Source: Eledone cirrhosa (Eukaryota). From it: DNA of 64,000 nucleotides. Location: contig OZ024752.1 of the NCBI GenBank assembly GCA_964016885.1, forward strand, positions 42,656,001 to 42,720,000. Direction: 5' to 3'. The notes below the pieces were generated by a model. That model saw only the letters and a list, made by a program, of their open reading frames with translations, was not told the origin of the DNA and did no database searches. Of the stretch, positions 55,148-64,000 are shown in pieces (the stretch's first letter is position 1; every line of letters starts with the position of its first letter). A program made the position numbers and the translations under genes.

Positions 55148-56376
55148 GCCTTAATAAATTAGCTATTCAACCCTTTCATTACCAGATTTCTAATGAAAGA
55201 CACTGGCTATGATTTTCAAATAATTTTGAAAACAAACCAAAAATTTGGAGGGATTTTAATAATATAACTATATCATTATTAAGCTAGTTTTGAACATAAC
55301 AAACAAAGAAAGGTTCTTACATAGAATTATGATAGAAAGGTTTTTTTTTTAGATAAATATAAACATTTAAACCCTTTCGTTACTATATTTCTAATGAAAC
55401 ACGACCCAGGATTTTCAAACTAACTAAAATCGATATATTCCAATGATAGTGTTATATAATATTTCTTCTTGTAGTCAACAAAACCAATAAAATACATCAA
55501 CTGTATTAGATATACTTTTAGTTTAGTCAAAGGAAAAATGTCAAAAAGGCCGAGAATACGGTGATCGAATATAATTTGAATTTTTTATCCCGTCAGGTTT
55601 CATGTTATAAATGCATAATCAGCGAATCTTTATCATTCAAGGTTGTACATAATGAATAACTAGAGGTATATTTAACCCCTTTTTCATACCAAACTACTCT
55701 AAATTGGCCCTGGTTCTACGATACGGAACTATGTTTATATTTATCCAAAAACCTTCCACCATAATTTTATGTAAGAACGTTTCTTAAGTTATGTTCCAAA
55801 CATAATGAGAAAGTTAGTTATGCTATTAAATCCCTCCAAATTCTTGGTTATTTTCAAGTGTCTTTCATTAGAAATACAGTAACGAAACAGTTAATGTCAA
55901 AGAGCTATTTAAAAAGAAATAAAATCTAAAAGAATATATTTACATAAAGTATAAAACACAGCTGAAAGATATTCCTAAATAAAATATTTAAAGATATGGC
56001 GCTGAGGCGACAGATTTAATGTAAGGTATTTTGGAAACAAAACATAATTAAAGAGAGGCATTCTCAAGACAGATTTCTTAAGAAATAAATGAATTCAGTA
56101 GAAAATACAATTTATTTGTGAGTATTTCGAGAGGAATAAATAAATATACATGTGTCCGCGTAAACTAAACAGTTGAATTACTTGAGGAAGAAGAGAAGAG
56201 TCGGCAAAGAAAATAAAAGAAACAACGACGATACATATATATATGAATTAAATTTTGTGGAAAAGAATAGGAAAGGAAGGTATCGAATACGAAAAGTAAA
56301 TGGAAGTATAAATAACTCACAATTCACGCGAACGAAAATCATTCTTGATGTAATCGTCAAGAGATAGGTCCGCCAT
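29351..56376 (-). CDS. POLDIP3: Polymerase delta-interacting protein 3 (POLDIP3/SKAR), 9 coding exons, 1824 nt, 607 aa
   Basis: Joined exons 56376-56321, 53367-52875, 51564-51499, 50284-50117, 49318-48836, 45273-45178, 34348-34219, 30367-30271, 29585-29351 give one open frame. It has the N-terminus [11 protein letters not shown], repeated DAR motifs ([28 protein letters not shown]), an RRM ([30 protein letters not shown]...[11 protein letters not shown]) and the C-terminus LIHKALF...FTVKI*, all resembling human POLDIP3 as recalled. Confidence 0.95.
30271..30367 (-). CDS. POLDIP3: POLDIP3 exon 8 ([14 protein letters not shown]...)
   Basis: ctatttttag acceptor at phase 1, GTATGT donor at phase 2. 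Confidence 0.92.
31430..32630. repeat. 48-bp minisatellite, about 25 copies
   Basis: Unit ttttacagagtgtactgggtgcattttattgttgcaccagtgctacca. Confidence 0.95.
33715..34119 (+). mobile_element. Older RTE LINE 3' end
   Basis: YGHV...[11 protein letters not shown], then ggacatgaaacgtt(gat)n tail. Confidence 0.75.
34219..34348 (-). CDS. POLDIP3: POLDIP3 exon 7 (RRM core)
   Basis: gttctag acceptor, G|GTATGG donor; [43 protein letters not shown]. Confidence 0.95.
34928..35458. repeat. 41-bp minisatellite, about 13 identical copies
   Basis: Unit ttacagaatgcactacattttgttttgacaacactaacact. Confidence 0.95.
37805..39207. repeat. 48-bp minisatellite, about 29 copies
   Basis: Unit tttacagtgtgtgctgggtgctttttgccatgacacctacatggccac. 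Confidence 0.95.
39960..41070. repeat. Minisatellite of about 50 bp, about 20 copies
   Basis: Unit catcatggcaccagcactaccaccttacagaatgaactgggtcttttttt. Confidence 0.95.
41796..42146 (+). mobile_element. SINE family A, full length, opposite orientation to its neighbours
   Basis: ggaggcacatggctcagtggttagagc...ggacgtaaaatgaaat(gat)n. Confidence 0.9.
43348..43694 (-). mobile_element. SINE family A, full length
   Basis: Near-exact reverse complement of 41796-42146. Confidence 0.9.
44025..44116 (-). ncRNA. Degenerate hammerhead-like motif
   Basis: CCAACGA (decayed CUGANGA)-gct...agc-GAAAC-atac-GTC-accactc-AATAAA, between TA tracts. Confidence 0.4.
44610..44674 (-). ncRNA. Minimal type I hammerhead ribozyme (sense in POLDIP3 intron 6)
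   Basis: tattttat-CTGATGA-aagcgcaccaag(actgc)cttggtagccctt-GAAA-tatat-ATA-ataaaata: perfect 8-bp stem I, long stem II, palindromic stem III. Confidence 0.75.
45178..45273 (-). CDS. POLDIP3: POLDIP3 exon 6 (RRM start, RNP2-like VLVTNL)
   Basis: tgtttcag acceptor, GTAAGT donor; [19 protein letters not shown]. Confidence 0.93.
46085..48750. repeat. 56-60-bp minisatellite, about 45 copies, in POLDIP3 intron 5
   Basis: Unit caagaaatatatagctgggggtgataaaaggagaaaggaaagccagagattgcagacaaa; source of the 958-aa and 651-aa ORFs. Confidence 0.97.
48836..49318 (-). CDS. POLDIP3: POLDIP3 exon 5 (low-complexity, poly-Pro/Gln/Ser)
   Basis: tatttcag acceptor, CAG|GTAAGT donor, 161 codons, phase 0/0. Confidence 0.88.
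50117..50284 (-). CDS. POLDIP3: POLDIP3 exon 4 (LTNELAPS...NVPNK)
   Basis: tatttcag acceptor, AAG|GTAAAT donor, phase 0/0. Confidence 0.85.
50968..51185. mobile_element. piggyBac-type MITE (TTAA|CCCTTTAGCATTTA TIR)
   Basis: TTAA TSD at both ends; other copies near 16816, 17890, 26930, 33139, 36808, 37308, 49477, 49693, 59098. Confidence 0.85.
51499..51564 (-). CDS. POLDIP3: POLDIP3 exon 3, 66 nt ([22 protein letters not shown])
   Basis: ttattgctag acceptor, GTAAGT donor, phase 0/0, no stops; not in ORF track. Confidence 0.8.
52875..53367 (-). CDS. POLDIP3: POLDIP3 exon 2 (DAR-motif region)
   Basis: tttcag acceptor; phase 2 matches exon 1; ends ACA|GTAAAT; overlaps ORF 52785-53327. Confidence 0.92.
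53888..54195 (+). mobile_element. SINE family C (family A head/CORE with a different 3' half); copies at 44188-44505 (+) and 57395-57645 (-)
   Basis: Head and CORE shared with family A, then gtcactggtg(c/t)caagctgtatcgg...aactttctaggt. Confidence 0.8.
54290..55895. mobile_element. Cluster of a second TTAA/CCCTTTC MITE family in alternating orientations; copy at about 25690-25918
   Basis: Recurring accttccatcataatt...ttatgttccaaa...ttcattagaaatatggtaacgaaagggttaa. Confidence 0.65.
54495..54790 (+). mobile_element. CRE-clade-like non-LTR retrotransposon 3' end
   Basis: [26 protein letters not shown] resembles the CRE C-terminal TGD.RE..FL.QR.S.A.QRGN motif; AATAAA at about 54784. Confidence 0.6.
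56321..56376 (-). CDS. POLDIP3: POLDIP3 exon 1 ([18 protein letters not shown]), ends phase 2
   Basis: aactATGGCG start; GTGAGT donor at 56320-56315; resembles human MADISLDELI. Confidence 0.92.
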
Positions 56377-56430
56377 AGTTGGATGTTTAATTGGAAACTG
56401 ACTTCCGTCTTAGATTTCTAACTTCCGCTA
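56371..56430 (-). promoter_or_regulatory. POLDIP3 core promoter/5' UTR with two ETS-type sites and a YY1-like site over the ATG
   Basis: CGGAAGT twice (56401-56407, 56421-56427), plus ATGGCGG. Confidence 0.6.
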
Positions 56431-56489
56431 AATTACATTGTCACCACTAAAGCATATGAAAACATATTGTTTCTTGTATATAGTGAATT

Positions 56490-57250
56490 GAAAATCTTCC
56501 ATCTACTGAGGTTATCCCAACAATAAGTAGACAAAAACTCCCTCCTCAGAATGTTACAAATATTTTTAAAAAATTTATATAGAAAATAGTTTCTCTAATA
56601 TATAAGGTAGTGGGTAGAAAATCTTCCATCTACTGAGGTTATCCCAGCAATAAGTAGACAAAAACTCCCTCAGAATGTTACAAATATTTTTAAAAAATTA
56701 TATAGAAAATAGTTTCTCTAATATATAAAGTAGTGAGTAGAAAATCTTCCATCTACTGAGGTTATCCCAGCAATAAGTAGACAAAAACTCCCTCAGAATG
56801 TTACAAATATTTAAACAAATTTATATAGAAATTAGTTTCTCTAATATTTAAAGTAGTGAGTAGAAAATCTTCCATCTACTGAGGTTATCCCAACAATAAG
56901 TAGACAAAAACTCCCTCAGAATGTTACAAATATTTTTAAAAGATTATATAGAAAATAGTTTCTCTAATATATAAGGTAGTGGGTAGAAAATCTTCCATCT
57001 ACTGAGGTTATCCCAACAATAAGTAGACAAAAACTCCCTCAGAATGTTACAAATATTTAAAAAAATTTATATAGAAAATAGTTTCTCTAATATATAAAGT
57101 AGTGAGTAGAAAATCTTCCATCTACTGAGGTTATCCCAGCAATAAGTAGACAAAAACTCCCTCAGAATGTTACAAATATTTAAAAAAAATTATATAGAAA
57201 ATAGTTTCTCTAATATATAAGGTAGTGGGTAGAAAATCTTCCATCTACTG
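56490..57250. repeat. 123-bp tandem repeat x6 immediately upstream of POLDIP3
   Basis: gaaaatcttccatctactg at 56490, 56617, 56740, 56863, 56986, 57109, 57232. Confidence 0.95.
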
Positions 57251-59123
57251 GGATTATACAAAGGGTATGCAATATCTTGCATTGATGGAGTAAAGACAAT
57301 TTTCATCATCATCATTTAACATCCACTTTGCCTTCCAGCAAGGGTTGGATAACACCAGGCACCACCCAGTCACACACACACACGTACACATAAGTACTAG
57401 CAAGGTTGTTTGTGGAAGACCAGCAGTCGCCCATACGTACCAATTTCCCCTCTTCACACCACGAATGTTGTCCAAAGGTTTTCCCTTGGATAACGCCAAA
57501 GACCGATACAGCTAGGCACCAGTGACGATACAGATGAGTGAACTTGAGCAACAGGAAAAAAAGTGTCTAGTTCACAATGCAGGAATCGAACTCACAATCT
57601 TACGATTACAAGCCCAACGCCCTAACCACTAAGCCATGCGTCTTCACACACACATACATATATATTTTCCTTGCTAGCAGGGGTTGGATGGGTGGTAAAA
57701 GTCAGTCCTCAAGTGGGGCTACTAATCTGTCAGATGTGCCAGAGGGCTGTATCTTGCTTATGTTCTTGAACTCTATCAGGTATTTTGGCAAGCCAGTACT
57801 GCATCCTGCTTATAAAACGTTCCCATACTCTACTGAGAGCATTTTATCATGGTACCCAAACTATGTAAGTTATACCTTCGGCAGAGCAGAAGAGTCTTCC
57901 TGATTATTTGTTTGGCATACATCACCCCCTTTACAGAGTATGCTGGGTGCATTTATCGTTTAAATCATCAACACTGGGGAAGTTGTTATGCTTTAAACAC
58001 AGCTGAAGAAAAAGTACCCAGCCCACACTGTAAATGTGCTTGGCGCTAGGAAGAGCATCCTTCCGTAGAAAACCAACCAGAAACAGTCTTATATGAGTGA
58101 GACACGGTCACTCGACCCAACTTGCCTCTAAATAGGACGAACCCGTCTAACCCATGCTAGCGTGGAAGATGGACGTTAAACAATGATGATGGTGATGATG
58201 AAGAGTCATCCCAGCGCTTTATTTGGCAGGTTTTCTATGGCTGGATGTTCTTCCTATCATCAATCCCTTTACAGAGTAGACTGGGTTAAAATGGTTTAAA
58301 TGATACAAGGGTTTCAAAGACACAAGAACCAGTGAAGTTATCTTTTGCTTGATTTCTATTTTTTTTTTCTTCTATGCAATAATATAGTTGTCTCTTTAAG
58401 TCAGCGCTTCTAAAAGTAGTCCATTTAGAACAATAAGGCGAATAAAAGCTTAGAGATCCACAGAGAGTGAATCTTTTCCTCCTCGCGACGCTGCTTGTCT
58501 TATATTTTTATACATGGCTTAGACATTATATTTGTAATGTTCATCTGAAAGAATTGCGAGCAATTTATAATGTTATTTATGTATATATCTAAAGCATATT
58601 TGTAATGTTATTCAACTGTAAATTTATACAACTTAATAAACCTACTAAGATAGTAATTATGTTAAACGCTGGTATATTGACAATATAATAATTTATATTC
58701 AATTTATAGTTCATGGATTTTTTTTGTGTTTGGACTTGGTGAATATATGTGTATATGTGGGAGAGAATGAGTATTTGGTAGTATCTACATTTTTTTCACT
58801 GTATGTCTAGTTTACTTTCTCTTTAAGATAGCGTTTGTTTATTGATTCTTTTTTCATCTAAGTTGTATTAAATATTGGTAAATTAGTTAAGTTTTGTAAT
58901 TTTATGTTCGATTCGTTTGTTTGTTTTTTTTATTATTTATTTTCATTTTTCATTTTTTGGGGAGGGGTGTTAAATAGAAATTAGATTTCGTTACATTGCC
59001 AAATCGAAGAGTAAAATCAAAACAACGTGTTTAAGCAGAGTTATTCCCCCTGCAACACATCCATCTTGTCCGTGACTGAAATTGTTCAAAATTATATTTA
59101 ACCCTTTAGCATTTACATTACTC

Positions 59124-59378
59124 CAAGGGTCTTGTTTCAGTGGGGTACCACTTTTTCAAACGTCTATATTTTATTTTTTGTTTATTTGATATAATAAATT
59201 ATTTTTAAGCTTATTTTTTTTATATCTGAACTTCATTTGAATATACAAAATTTAATTAGCGTAAAATTTTACATATGTGATAGGGTCTGGGAAAGGCACC
59301 ATAAGCAATTATGCTCTTTTAAGAATCAACAAATGTAGGTTTGTACCCCTCACATTTTAAAGGCAAACGAGGCCCCTG
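59124..59378. mobile_element. hAT-type MITE nested in a piggyBac-type MITE (59098-59573)
   Basis: TSD cattactc at 59116-59123 and 59379-59386; homologous to 24298-24584. Confidence 0.85.
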
Positions 59379-59836
59379 CATTACTCTATATATACTATTG
59401 TATTTTCACGGTATAGCCTTTATCTCACATAACATCGAATCTCTGAGATTTTAATATATATTTTGAGAACAATACTTTAACATCAATATGTGTTGCCAGT
59501 TAGGGCCGGTTTGAACAGAAAGAGGTGAGAGAATTCTGGCCAGATATGGCCGGTTTAAATGCTAAAGGGTTAAGCATAGGTTCGTATATGGTGAGAATAT
59601 TTACTAAATTTAAATGCACTCTTAATCGTGTTATTTTTTCTGTAATCTGCAACCAACAAATATTTTGGCTGGATGGTTGGTGAGCTGGCTGGTTGGTAGT
59701 TTCCTGTCCATTATTTATTCGATAGAGCTGTTGTTACTAATGAGACTGTTGCTGTCACTAATGTTACTGTTGTTGTCACTAATGTTATCATAATTATTAT
59801 TACTACTGCTGCTATTACTGCCAACACTGCTGCTGT

Positions 59837-59869
<33 letters not shown>

Positions 59870-60419
59870 ATGACCTAATTGCTTGGGTGTCCCAAGAAAA
59901 GCCAAAACCTCCTCTGGCTCCTAAAAGAAGGAAGTGTCTTTGGAGAGTTTAGTGCCTGGATGACCAATATTGAATGGCGGAAGAAAAAACATCCTCACTC
60001 TCACACACTAATCTGGTGCAAGGAGGGGATAAGATAAGACCAGGTGTTTTGTTTTGAATTTTGGAGGGTTTGGTTGTACAAAAAAAAAAAAAAAAAAAAA
60101 AAAAAACGAATAAAAAAATTACAAATTTATTTTTGAGTCCTTCTCTTTTCACTGGCACCATACCTAATGATTCATCTATGTGTGAAGCATTACATATGCT
60201 AACTGTAAAAGGGAGTAATATTCAAAAGAACACCACTGGACAAAACCAATAATATTTTTATCTAAATCCTTTGTCTTGAACAAGCAACAATGAAAATTCT
60301 GCTATAATTCCTACTGTGGAAATAGAGTAATCCTATTTTATTGATCTTCTTCCTTTCTTCGCCCACTTATTTTTGAGAGGGTTGTGGGGACATTGTTCTC
60401 AAACACTCCCTCTAGTGGG

Positions 60420-61730
60420 TCATACCAGAAGCAATCGTCTCCAACTGATCCGGCTGGATCCCCAAGTGTGACCAGCCAAGCTCATGGATGTTATCCAACC
60501 ATCTTGCACGGAGTCTACCCCTGGGTCTCCTACCTGTTGGTTTTGCCTGTAAAATCTGTCCAGCAATTCTTTCTTAAGACATTCTAACCACATGCCCATA
60601 GTATCGGAGCTGTGACCTCTCAATTCAGTGATTCTTTTCTGAGATATTCTAACCACATGTCCATAGTATTGGAGCTGTGATCTCTCAATTCAGTGATTCT
60701 TTCCTGAGATATTCTAACCACATGCCCATAGTATCGGAGCTGTGATCTCTCAATTCAGTGATTCTTTCCTGAGATATTCTAACCACATGCCCATAGTATC
60801 GGAGCTGTGATCTCTCAATTCAGTGATTCTTTTCTGAGACATTCTAACCACATGCCCATAGTATCGGAGCTGTGACCTCTCAATTCAGTGATTCTTTCCT
60901 GAGATATTCTAACCACATGCCCATAGTATCGGAGCTGTGATCTCTCAATTCAGTGATTCTTTCCTGAGATATTCTAACCACATGCCCATAGTATCGGAGC
61001 TGTGATCTCTCAATTCAGTGATTCTTTCCTGAGATATTCTAACCACATGCCCATAGTATCGGAGCTGTGATCTCTCAATTCAGTGATTCTTTTCTGAGAC
61101 ATTCTAACCACATGCCCATAGTATCGGAGCTGTGACCTCTCAATTCAGTGATTCTTTTCTGAGACATTCTAACCACATGCCCATAGTATCGGAGCTGTGA
61201 CCTCTCAATTCAGTGATTCTTTTCTGAGACATTCTAACCACATGCCCATAGTACCGGAGCTGTGACCTCCCAATTCAGTGATTCTTTTCTGAGACATTCT
61301 AACCACATGCCCATAGTATCGGAGCTGTAATCTCTTCAGCATTCGGTAATCAGAAGAAGGGAAGTAGGTGTAAAAGCTAAACTCACTATCTTCAATTTGG
61401 TATTCATGCCAACCTTTACCTATGGCCATGAATTTTGGATAATGACTGAAAGAATGCAATCGCGAATACAAATGGCTGAAATGGGGTTCCTCGAAAGGGT
61501 CTTTGGAATAATATTTACTTGATAAAGTGCATAGCTTGGAGATCAGATTCACTCCAGGTAGAACTACTACTCCAAATTAAGAGATCACAGCTTTGATATT
61601 ACAGGTATATGGTTAGAATGTCTCAGAAAAGAAGTGCAAGACAGATTTTACAAGCAAAACCAACTGGCAGGAGAGCCAAGGGGAGCCCCCCCCCCCAGCA
61701 AGATTTTTTGATAACATCTATGAGCTTGGC
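60420..61730. mobile_element. Rex3/Expander-like RTE fragments in inverted arrangement, with a 65-bp x11 tandem (60581-61335)
   Basis: Plus strand: PTFTYGHEFWIMTERMQSRIQMAEMGFL...KPTGRR. Minus strand: QLRYYGHVVRMSQKR. Confidence 0.8.
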
Positions 61731-62020
61731 TGCTGAATCAACTGGCTCTTTATGATCTGAGTTCAAATCCCGCCGAGGTTAACTTTATCTTTCATCCTTA
61801 CGGGGTCGATAAAATAAAGTACCAATGATACACTGGTGTAATTGCTGACCTTGGGCCAAAAGTAGAAACAATTATTTGGAAACAGTTGCTTCTAATTGGA
61901 CCCATTGGAAAGAAAGAATGTTTGAAGATTCTGCATTCGCGGCCATCTGGGGAATAAGACGAAGAAGAAGAACCAAAATATATTGTTGCTTTCATAAAAT
62001 ACCTAGGCATTTGCCGGGTC

Positions 62021-62051
62021 CCTCTGCTAGTAAAATGCGAATGAAAGAAAG
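62021..62051 (+). mobile_element. Helitron 3' terminus
   Basis: Hairpin-like cctaggcatttgccggg, then CTAG|T about 8 nt later. Confidence 0.45.
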
Positions 62052-62089
62052 GAAAGGGTGAGAAGAGAAGAAAGGAAGAGTAAGAATAC

Positions 62090-62220
62090 AATACGTAAGT
62101 AGGTCATTAGAATGACAGCAGTTTGAATAATGTACGCATGCGTGGGAATGTGGAAGCGTTGACTTCCGGTTCTATTTGTATATTCTATTGCTTGGCGTAC
62201 TGAATGAGTAGGTTAGCGTA
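62090..62220. promoter_or_regulatory. Probable housekeeping-type promoter of a neighbouring gene
   Basis: NRF1-like ACGCATGCGT (about 62135-62143) and ETS ACTTCCGGT (62162-62170), with plus-strand donor-like GTAAGT and GTTAGC nearby. Confidence 0.4.
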
Positions 62221-62606
62221 TACACTGGTAATAATTGAAGAGAAAAAGGTCAGTGCGCGTATATTTTTTTGGTGTATATCTCTTTTCATTCACTACTTAG
62301 TATTTTTACTCCAATATATATATATATTGTATATATTTGGACAGTTTTATCATTTTTCCATCTATGTTTATCGTTGTTGTGTTTTTTTGGCAATTAGATT
62401 ACCATTAATTACTGACGTGTGTGTGTGTGGTGATTCACAGGTGAAAACTATACATTAGATCTAGTTGTTTAGATGAGATGAAACAACATATTTGAAAATC
62501 AAACATACACACACCGTCTAGTGAGTTCGTAAGAAGACTAACTGTATAAGATCGCCCTGCTGTTGAAGAAAAATGTTTAGTAGGGAAAATGCTAATGGTG
62601 TGTGTA

Positions 62607-62654
<48 letters not shown>

Positions 62655-62656
<2 letters not shown>

Positions 62657-62873
62657 TTCCGGGTTCAATCGGGGGTAACGCCAGTAAGTAAAGTACTCAA
62701 TACATAGAGTATTTACAAGATTTAATACAGGAATGGCTTCTACAGGACTAGAACTATTTCATTCGAAGGAAATCATCAGGGCTTTCGTGATGATTTCATC
62801 ATCAGTTCCTGATGATTTCATACAAATGAAACAGTTTTAGTCCTGTAGAAGCTTTTTCTATATTAAATCTTCG

Positions 62874-62875
<2 letters not shown>
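62655..62875. mobile_element. Palindromic TA-inserted element with inverted CTGATGA..GAAA..GTC motifs (Penelope pLTR-like); related copy at 18955-19078
   Basis: Inverted arms of about 60 bp; AAAGTACTCAATA motif; (TA)n flanks. Confidence 0.5.
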
Positions 62876-62907
<32 letters not shown>

Positions 62908-63400
62908 GGTAAAGAAATGTTACACTCTAATCAACATGTATTGAGTGCTTATTCAATTTATGTTTGAATATAAGTACAGGCAGATTTTGACAACAAATGT
63001 GATAGGTCTTATACAGCGGAAAATAGGATACTTAGAAGAAGGTGGGAACTATTTCAGATATGTACTTTGTTAGGCTTCGTGCTGTTTAGTTTGTCTATTA
63101 TTTTCGGGGTGTTTTGATCATATTTCCCTAATTATTATTACATATTTACTACTTTTCAGTTAACTTCTTCCCTTTCACTCGAGTTAAAATAATACGTTAC
63201 AATATATATATGTATATATATATATATACATTTGATCACACACATACATACATACATACATACATACATGCATGCATGCATGCATGCATGCATGTGTGTG
63301 ATGCCAAAATGGGACAAAAACTAGGAAGACTAGGTTTTATATATATATATATAAATGAAGGTATAGAAATTGTTTTAGCGAGAAGCTAATAGTATTCTAT

Positions 63401-63446
<46 letters not shown>

Positions 63447-63571
63447 GAGAAGAGGTTACAATATATATATATATTTATGTATGTCTTACCATTCTAACAA
63501 TGCTAAGTGAACAGCTTATTGGGCAATTCTTTAAGACGTCGTACCCTAATTCTCTCTCTCTACATACACAC

Positions 63572-63606
<35 letters not shown>

Positions 63607-63608
<2 letters not shown>

Positions 63609-63782
63609 CGAAGGAAATGTGGTAAGGAACCAGATGGACCATAACGCACCAAAGTACTCAATACTTAGGGTAGTAGAGTGGGTAATAGGAACGAGTAGGA
63701 CCCCGACGGCTGAGCTCAAGCCGTTTCGCCAGAATTAGCCGTCGAAACGGCTTGAGCTCAGCCGTCGGGGTCCCACTCGTTC
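63607..63782 (+). mobile_element. GC-rich foldback element, same family as 21121-21295
   Basis: Near-perfect inverted repeat of about 40 bp (63689-63782); (TA)n flanks. Confidence 0.6.
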
Positions 63783-63849
63783 ATATATATATATATATAT
63801 ATATACACAATATATTAATAAATGGAAACTATATTTATAAAACCATATT

Positions 63850-63915
63850 TATTTTATTATACATATTTCAAGGGCAACCAAGGTAAATTATGGTGCGCTT
63901 TCATCAGATAAAATA
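63850..63915 (-). ncRNA. Minimal type I hammerhead ribozyme, same family as 44610-44674
   Basis: Same core and stem I; differences fall mainly in loop II, distal stem II and loop III. Confidence 0.72.
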
Positions 63916-64000
63916 CAGATTTGTTTTATAAATAAATATTGACATACCCGGAAAAAAAGACAACCTTAACGGTTGGAGCTTCCTGGATAGTATATATATA

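Overview
AT-rich, repeat-dense eukaryotic DNA. The SINE, LINE and microsatellite content suggests an octopod cephalopod (inference). One complete protein-coding gene can be reconstructed by hand: a 9-exon POLDIP3/SKAR orthologue on the minus strand (56376->29351, 607 aa, all introns GT-AG and phase-consistent). Most of its exons are missing from the ORF track. There are also probable promoter/first-exon regions at about 1.3-2.4 kb (minus strand) and about 62.1 kb. The rest is tRNA-derived CORE-type SINEs; RTE, CR1, Tx1 and CRE LINE fragments; a mariner relic; piggyBac-, hAT- and Tc1-type MITEs; Helitron termini; and many minisatellites. Nearly all long ORFs in the track are repeat artefacts. 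The most striking unannotated signal is a set of short, sequence-unrelated elements sitting in or beside (TA)n tracts that carry minimal type I hammerhead ribozyme folds (intact-looking at 14.8, 44.6 and 63.9 kb; degenerate or half copies elsewhere). Other observations include: repeated independent birth of 41-99 bp minisatellites from one SINE/LINE segment; a candidate stop-containing exon looped out by inverted young SINEs; and an intronic array of about 45 decoy 3' splice sites.
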